61,596 bases of DNA, taken from the IMG/VR virus record IMGVR_UViG_3300044858_001325, positions 1 to 61,596 of that record; one strand, given 5' to 3'. Below the pieces are notes generated by a model, which saw only the letters and a list, made by a program, of their open reading frames with translations, ran no database searches and had not been told where the DNA came from. Made by a program: the position numbers and the translations under genes. This DNA comes from a virus. Taxonomy: Duplodnaviria > Caudoviricetes. Below, piece after piece: positions 55,644 through 61,596 of the stretch. The first letter of the stretch is position 1. Every line of letters begins with the position of its first letter.

Positions 55644-57181
55644 GCACGGACGACGAGTTGCTTGAGCTGCTGGAGCAGATGACTGATGACCAGTTGAATG
55701 CGGTCATTGAGAAGCTGCCGGAGGGTCAGAAGGAGCATTTGTCGCAGATTGCCGATGAGTATGGCAAGGCGATCAGGCGAGATCGTGGGCAGGCCAAGTT
55801 CATGGAGTTCGTCAAGTTGATGTGGCCCAACTTCATTGGGGGTCGGCATCACGAGATCATGGCCGATGCGTTTGAGCGGGTTGCAAGGGGTGAGTTGAAG
55901 CGGTTGATCATCAACATGCCGCCTCGGCACACAAAGTCGGAGTTTGCTTCCTACCTGTTACCGGCGTGGTTCTTGGGCAAGTTTCCCCACAAGAAGATCA
56001 TCCAGTCGTCCAACACGGCTGAATTGGCCGTTGGTTTTGGCCGCAAGGTGCGTAACTTGGTGGACGGGGAGTCTTACGCCAAAGTGTTTCCCAATGTAGC
56101 CCTGCGGCATGACTCCAAGGCGGCTGGGCGGTGGTCAACGAATGCCAACGGAGAGTATTTCGCCATCGGTGTGGGTGGTACGGTGACGGGTAAGGGTGCG
56201 GATCTGTTGATCATTGACGATCCGCATTCGGAGCAGGAGGCCAAGCTGGCCGAAAGTGATCCGTCGGTGTTTGATTCGGTGTATGAGTGGTACACCTCTG
56301 GCCCACGGCAGCGTCTTCAGCCTGGGGGAGCCATTGTGGTGGTGATGACGCGGTGGTCAAAGCGTGATTTGACGGGCCGCGTGATGAAGGATTCGGTGCA
56401 AAGGGGTGGAGATGAGTGGGAGCTGATTGAGTTTCCGGCAATTTTGCCCTCCGACAAGCCGCTTTGGCCCGAGTTTTGGAGCCACGAGGAGCTGTCTGCG
56501 CTGCGTGCGGAGCTTCCGAACAGCAAATGGCAGGCCCAGTACCAGCAAAGTCCCACATCTGACAGTGCGGCCATCGTAAAGCGCGAGTGGTGGCGCATGT
56601 GGAACGAAGATTCGCCGCCTCATTGTGCATTTACCCTCATGGCGTGGGACACGGCGTTTGAAAAGTCCAACCGCGCTGACTATTCGGCCTGCACAATCTG
56701 GGGTGTGTTCTATCACCCAGACGACAGCGGCCTAGAGCAGGCCAACATCATCCTCCTGAACGCTGTTCGGGACAGGGTGGAGTTTCCCGAACTCAAAAGA
56801 CTGGTGCTCAGGCTCACAAAGGACTGGGAGCCAGACAGCACGATCATTGAAAAGAAGGCCAGTGGTGCCCCATTGATCTATGAGCTGCGGGCAATGGGTG
56901 TGCCAGTCCAAGAATTTACGCCCGTCAAGGGCAACGATAAGATTACAAGGCTCAATGCGGTGTCTGACCTCTTTGCTTCTGGCAGAGTTTGGGCGCCAAA
57001 CACAAACTGGGCGGAAGAAGTGATTGATGAAGTCGCATCTTTCCCATCCGGCGAGCATGATGACTATGTTGACACCGTTTCATTGGCGCTGATGCGCTTC
57101 CGCAGGGGCGGCTACATCAGATCGGATCTTGATGAGGACGACGAAACAAAATCATTCCGCCGCAGGCCCGTCTATTACTGA
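55640..57181 (+). CDS. terL: Terminase large subunit
   Basis: NMPPRHTKS Walker A, LLIIDD Walker B, AWDTA and HDDYVD nuclease motifs. Confidence 0.95.
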   Translation: MSTDDELLELLEQMTDDQLNAVIEKLPEGQKEHLSQIADEYGKAIRRDRGQAKFMEFVKLMWPNFIGGRHHEIMADAFERVARGELKRLIINMPPRHTKSEFASYLLPAWFLGKFPHKKIIQSSNTAELAVGFGRKVRNLVDGESYAKVFPNVALRHDSKAAGRWSTNANGEYFAIGVGGTVTGKGADLLIIDDPHSEQEAKLAESDPSVFDSVYEWYTSGPRQRLQPGGAIVVVMTRWSKRDLTGRVMKDSVQRGGDEWELIEFPAILPSDKPLWPEFWSHEELSALRAELPNSKWQAQYQQSPTSDSAAIVKREWWRMWNEDSPPHCAFTLMAWDTAFEKSNRADYSACTIWGVFYHPDDSGLEQANIILLNAVRDRVEFPELKRLVLRLTKDWEPDSTIIEKKASGAPLIYELRAMGVPVQEFTPVKGNDKITRLNAVSDLFASGRVWAPNTNWAEEVIDEVASFPSGEHDDYVDTVSLALMRFRRGGYIRSDLDEDDETKSFRRRPVYY

Positions 57182-57192
57182 AGGAACGCATC

Positions 57193-59712
57193 ATGGCAAT
57201 CGTCAAAGCTCTGAATCCAGCACCCGTCGGCATCGCATCAGGAGATGAACTGGGCGCCGAGCCGATAGAGATAGAAATTGAAGACCCAGAGTCAGTGGCC
57301 ATCAAGGCCGGTGGCATGGAAATTGTGCTGGAGCCCGAGCCGGAAACGGCAGAGGACTTTGACGCCAACCTCGCCGAGTACATGAGAGAGGACGACCTGT
57401 CAGAGCTGGCCACTGAGCTGCTGGCCGACTTCCAGTCAGACGTGGACAGCCGAAAGGACTGGATGCAGACCTACGTTGATGGCATCCAGCTCTTGGGAAT
57501 GAAGCTGGAGGACAGAACCGAGCCCTGGCCTGGGGCATGTGGCGTGTACCACCCGCTTTTGTCCGAGGCGCTGGTGAAATTCCAGTCCGAAACGATCATG
57601 GAGACTTTCCCGGCCCAGGGCCCAGTGAAAACCCAAATCATCGGCAAGGAGGACAGTGAAACTCGGGATGCTGCGGCGCGTGTCAAGGACGACATGAACT
57701 ACCAGCTCACCGAGCGGATGCCAGAGTACCGGCCCGAGCACGAGCGGCTGCTCTGGGGCTTGGGCTTGGCAGGCAATGCCTTCAAGAAGGTCTACTACGA
57801 CCCGAGCCTTGGCCGTCAGGTGGCCATTTTTGTTCCAGCCGAAGACATTGTGGTGCCCTATGGCGCCTCTAGTCTGGAGACATCTGAGCGCGTGGCCCAC
57901 ATCATGCGCAAGACCGAAAACGAGATGCGCAAGCTGCAAGTCAGCGGCTTTTACCGCGACATCGATCTGGGTGATCCAACCGACACGTTCGATGATGTGG
58001 AGAAGAAGATTGCCGAGCGCATGGGCTTTCGAGCCAGCAGTGACGACCGCTTCAAAATCCTTGAGATGCACGTCACCCGTGACCTCAAGGGGTATGAAGA
58101 CAAGGACGAGGATGGCGAGGAGACTGGGATTGGCCTGCCCTATGTGATTACCATCGAGAAGCACACAGCAAAGGTGCTGGCCGTCCGCAGAAACTGGAAC
58201 CCGGATGACGAGCTGAAGATGAAGCGCCAGCACTTTGTCCACTACGGCTATGTGCCTGGGTTTGGCTTCTACTGCTTTGGCTTGATCCACTTGATCGGCG
58301 CCTATGCCAAGTCCGGCACGTCGTTGATTCGCCAATTGGTGGATGCCGGAACGCTGAGCAACTTGCCCGGCGGTTTCAAGACCAAGGGCCTGCGCGTCAA
58401 GGGTGACGACACCCCAATTGCACCGGCTGAGTTCCGAGATGTTGACGTGGCCAGCGGCACGATCAAGGACAACATCATGACCTTGCCCTACAAGGAGCCG
58501 AGCCAAGTGCTGGCTGCCTTGATGGACAAGATCATTGAGGAGGGTCGGCGCTTTGCATCGGCTGCGGATCTCAAGATCAGCGACATGTCGGCCCAGTCGC
58601 CAGTTGGAACCACCTTGGCCATCTTGGAGCGCACGCTCAAGATCATGAGTGCGGTGCAAGCGCGCATCCACTACTCGATGAAGCAGGAGTTCAAGCTCCT
58701 CAAGACCATCATCCGCGACTACACCCCCGAGGACTACAGCTACGAGCCCGAGGAAGGTGACCGCCGTGCCAAGCAGTCTGATTACGACCGCGTGGACGTG
58801 ATCCCGGTGTCCGATCCAAATGCAGCAACCATGAGCCAGAAGGTTGTCCAGTATCAGGCGGTCATGCAGCTCGCCCAGTCGGCTCCCCAGCTCTACGACA
58901 TGGCCCAGTTGCACCGCCAGATGCTTGAGGTGCTGGGCATCAAGAATGCCCACAAGCTGGTGAAGCTGGAAGAAGACAGCAAGCCCAAGGATCCGATCAC
59001 GGAGAACATGGACGTGGTGCGCATGAAGCCCCTGAAGGCGTTTGCGTACCAAGATCAGCAGGCTCACATCGCCACCCATCAGGCTTTCATGCAAGACCCG
59101 ATGACGGCGCAGATGATTGGCCAGAACCCGCTGGCTCAGCAAATGATGGCCGCGCTGCAAGCACACATTGCAGAGCACTACGCCTTCATGTATCGCAACC
59201 TGATTGAACAGCAGGTTGGCGCACCCCTTCCAGCCCCAGATTCCGAGGAGCCGATGCCCGAAGAATTTGAGACTGCACTGTCCCGTATGGTGGCGCAAGC
59301 AGCACAACAACTGCTCATGCAAAACCAAGCTGCCGCCCAGCAAAAACAGGCGCAGCAACAGGCCCAAGATCCAATCCTTCAAATGCAGATGCAAGAACTC
59401 CAGATCAAAGCACAGGAGGTTCAGCGCAAGGCCCAGAAGGATCAAACAGATGCCCAGCTCAAGACCCAGCAGATGCAAATGGAACAGGAGCGCGTTGCGT
59501 CACAAGAGCGCGCCGCTATGGCCGCCGTTCAAGCCAAGCAGCAAGTCGAGATGGAGCGCATTCAATCTCAAGAGGAGATTGAGGGCATGAAGATAGGCGT
59601 CCAAGTCCAAAAGGACAAGGAGGCACTAGCCTCGAAAGAGGAGATCGAGGGGATGCGTATCGGCATCGACATCGCCAGAGCGGCGCAACAAGGAAAGGGG
59701 AAACCTAAATGA
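57193..59712 (+). CDS. Portal protein with Gln-rich C-terminal barrel
   Basis: 839 aa after terL; FKKVYYD, P22-like coiled tail. Confidence 0.85.
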   Translation: MAIVKALNPAPVGIASGDELGAEPIEIEIEDPESVAIKAGGMEIVLEPEPETAEDFDANLAEYMREDDLSELATELLADFQSDVDSRKDWMQTYVDGIQLLGMKLEDRTEPWPGACGVYHPLLSEALVKFQSETIMETFPAQGPVKTQIIGKEDSETRDAAARVKDDMNYQLTERMPEYRPEHERLLWGLGLAGNAFKKVYYDPSLGRQVAIFVPAEDIVVPYGASSLETSERVAHIMRKTENEMRKLQVSGFYRDIDLGDPTDTFDDVEKKIAERMGFRASSDDRFKILEMHVTRDLKGYEDKDEDGEETGIGLPYVITIEKHTAKVLAVRRNWNPDDELKMKRQHFVHYGYVPGFGFYCFGLIHLIGAYAKSGTSLIRQLVDAGTLSNLPGGFKTKGLRVKGDDTPIAPAEFRDVDVASGTIKDNIMTLPYKEPSQVLAALMDKIIEEGRRFASAADLKISDMSAQSPVGTTLAILERTLKIMSAVQARIHYSMKQEFKLLKTIIRDYTPEDYSYEPEEGDRRAKQSDYDRVDVIPVSDPNAATMSQKVVQYQAVMQLAQSAPQLYDMAQLHRQMLEVLGIKNAHKLVKLEEDSKPKDPITENMDVVRMKPLKAFAYQDQQAHIATHQAFMQDPMTAQMIGQNPLAQQMMAALQAHIAEHYAFMYRNLIEQQVGAPLPAPDSEEPMPEEFETALSRMVAQAAQQLLMQNQAAAQQKQAQQQAQDPILQMQMQELQIKAQEVQRKAQKDQTDAQLKTQQMQMEQERVASQERAAMAAVQAKQQVEMERIQSQEEIEGMKIGVQVQKDKEALASKEEIEGMRIGIDIARAAQQGKGKPK

Positions 59713-59900
59713 GCCAAGACTTGCTCAAGCACCTATCAAAGAAGGTGCAAGAGGAGATCAAGGTCATCACTGATGATCTTGCCTTGGGTAAAGCCAAGGA
59801 TCACGGGGACTACAAGTACGCGACTGGAATGATTCGCGGGCTTATGGTCGCAAATTCAGTTATCGCCGACATGGCAGAAAGGTACGAGGAAATCGAATGA
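59709..59900 (+). CDS. Small helical hypothetical protein
   Basis: ATGA coupling; Y....G.IRGL. Confidence 0.7.
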   Translation: MSQDLLKHLSKKVQEEIKVITDDLALGKAKDHGDYKYATGMIRGLMVANSVIADMAERYEEIE

Positions 59901-60307
59901 ATGAAATCCTGATCGGCACAAACCCCGATGACCCAGGAGCAGCCACGGTCTTGCCAGAAACCGCAGAGCAAAAGGCAAAACAACTTCCAGATCCAAGTGG
60001 TTATCGCATTCTGTGCGCCATCCCTGAGATCGAAGACAAGTTTGAAAACGGCATCGTCAAAGCTGACATCACAATGCAGCATGAGGAGCTGTTGACCACC
60101 GTCCTGTTCGTAGTCAAGCTCGGGCCGGACTGCTACAAAGACCCTTCACGTTTTCCCAGTGGCCCTTGGTGCAAACAAGGGGACTTCATTCTTGTGCGCC
60201 CACACGCAGGCACGCGGTTGAAGATCCACGGCAGGGAGTTCCGCATCATCAACGATGATTCTGTCGAGGGGGTTGTTGAAGACCCGCGCGGCATTTCACG
60301 CAAATAG
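59897..60307 (+). CDS. GroES/Cpn10-like co-chaperonin
   Basis: PSGYRIL, GIV, VVKLGP, KQGD, FRIINDD. Confidence 0.85.
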   Translation: MNEILIGTNPDDPGAATVLPETAEQKAKQLPDPSGYRILCAIPEIEDKFENGIVKADITMQHEELLTTVLFVVKLGPDCYKDPSRFPSGPWCKQGDFILVRPHAGTRLKIHGREFRIINDDSVEGVVEDPRGISRK

Positions 60308-60315
60308 GAGAAATC

Positions 60316-61275
60316 ATGGCTACCAAAGAGCAAAACCAAGAACAAGAGATTACGGTTGAAATTACCGCCAACGAAGATGACATCGAAGTGGCGGTTCAGG
60401 ACGACACCCCTGAAGACGACCGTGGCCGTGAGCCCCTCCCGGAGGACATCGTTAAGGAACTCGAAGCCGACGAGTTGGAGGACTATTCGGAAAAGGTGAA
60501 GACGCGCCTCAAGCAGATGAAGAAGGTTTGGCACGATGAGCGCCGGGCCAAAGAGTCTGCCGACCGTGAGCGGCAAGAGGCCATTACCCTGGCCCAGCGT
60601 CTGGTCGAGGAGAACAAGAAGCTCAAAGCCAAAACGACGTACTCGGAAACGGCCCTGATTGCTTCTTTCAAAGAGGCCGCCGCCCGGCAGCTCAAGGAAG
60701 CCCAGGTGGCCTACAAAGAGGCATTTGAGTCTGGTGACTCAGACCGTGTTGTAGAAGCCCAACAGGCGCTTAACTCTGCACAAAATCGTGCGGCCCAGGC
60801 TGATCGATATAAGGCGCCCCCTTTACAAAAGGAGGATAATGAGTTACACAATCAAAATCAGCAGGCACAACCTCAGCCGGTTGTCCAGCGCGATACCAAA
60901 GCGGCTGCGTGGCAAGAGCGCAACCAATGGTTTGGGAAACATCGCCTGATGACGGCTATGGCACTGGGCCTGCATGAGGATTTGGTGGAAAAGCATGGGC
61001 AAGCCTATGCAACCACGGACGAATACTACGACCGCATCGACAAGACCATGCGATCAAAGTTCCCCGAGGAATACACCGGAGAAACGCAGACCGGGGGCGG
61101 CAAGCCCGGTCGAAGCGCAAACAGACCTGCCACCGTGGTTGCTCCCGTGTCACGAAGCACATCCCCCAAAAAGGTTGTGTTGACCGAGAGTCAGGTGAGA
61201 CTTGCCAAGCGTTTGGGAGTTACACCTGAGCAATATGCTCGTGAATTTGTGAAACAGGAGAATCGAAATGGCTGA
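60316..61275 (+). CDS. Capsid scaffolding protein
   Basis: Acidic N terminus, coiled coil, LAKRLGVTPEQYA C-terminal helix pair. Confidence 0.75.
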   Translation: MATKEQNQEQEITVEITANEDDIEVAVQDDTPEDDRGREPLPEDIVKELEADELEDYSEKVKTRLKQMKKVWHDERRAKESADRERQEAITLAQRLVEENKKLKAKTTYSETALIASFKEAAARQLKEAQVAYKEAFESGDSDRVVEAQQALNSAQNRAAQADRYKAPPLQKEDNELHNQNQQAQPQPVVQRDTKAAAWQERNQWFGKHRLMTAMALGLHEDLVEKHGQAYATTDEYYDRIDKTMRSKFPEEYTGETQTGGGKPGRSANRPATVVAPVSRSTSPKKVVLTESQVRLAKRLGVTPEQYAREFVKQENRNG

Positions 61276-61596
61276 AAACCGACTTGCACGCGAAGTACAA
61301 ACCCGTAGCGCATCGGAGCGCCCAAAGCAGTGGCAGCGCGCCGAAACACTTCCCCAGCCTGACAAACAGCCGGGGTACGCTTACAGGTGGATCAGGGTTT
61401 CCATGACCGGACAGAACGACGCCAAAAACGTGGGAGCAAAACTCCGCGAAGGCTGGGAGCCTGTCGGTATCGAGGAACAACCCCAATTCAAGCTGCTCGT
61501 TGACCCAAACAGTCGATTCAAAGACAACATTGAGGTCGCAGGTTTGTTGCTCTGCAAGATGCCCGAGGAGTTCGTTGGTCAGCGCACGGCGTATTT
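61268..61596 (+). CDS. Conserved head-region protein, 3'-truncated
   Basis: CAGGAG RBS; GYAYRWIR...REGWEPV...GLLLCK; runs off the window. Confidence 0.7.
   Translation, partial: MAENRLAREVQTRSASERPKQWQRAETLPQPDKQPGYAYRWIRVSMTGQNDAKNVGAKLREGWEPVGIEEQPQFKLLVDPNSRFKDNIEVAGLLLCKMPEEFVGQRTAY

Noticed and set aside
57436-59478. 680-aa antisense ORF in the portal gene (also 37057..38343 and 46779..48122)
   Set aside because: Same antisense artefact; the L/H/V-rich translation mirrors the sense codons.

Overview
The window looks like most of the genome of a ~60% GC tailed dsDNA phage with podovirus-like gene order. It is circularly permuted: the major capsid gene is not seen and probably lies just beyond the ends. 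Layout: (1) 1-34.4 kb, + strand virion region with small Lys-rich proteins, head-tail and tail proteins, a 22-aa repeat fibre, a chaperone-capped tail fibre, a lysis cassette, an acyl-carrier-protein plus ketosynthase module, ejection proteins and a 3998-aa polyvalent protein; (2) 34.4-50.6 kb, RusA, HNH, exonuclease/ERF/SSB, many small accessory genes, a cluster of structured non-coding RNAs, ParB-like, helicase and primase; (3) 50.5-54.1 kb, a leftward operon of small early-type genes; (4) 54.3-61.6 kb, terminase subunits, a LexA-like HTH, portal, GroES-like and scaffold genes. No integrase, DNA polymerase, CRISPR array or IS element was recognised. Most notable observations: about 17 dispersed GTAAC-N3/4-GTTAC palindromes, with a 36-bp-phased triplet next to a LexA-like gene; a promoter- and terminator-bounded ~100-nt sRNA whose loop is complementary to the ribosome-binding sites of the first genes of up to three operons; an ACP/KS/possible acyltransferase cassette directly in front of the ejection proteins; tRNA-like and c4/CI-like RNA folds; and a recurring [MFY]xxGG motif in putative internal virion proteins. 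All functional calls come from motif recognition by eye; no database searches were run.
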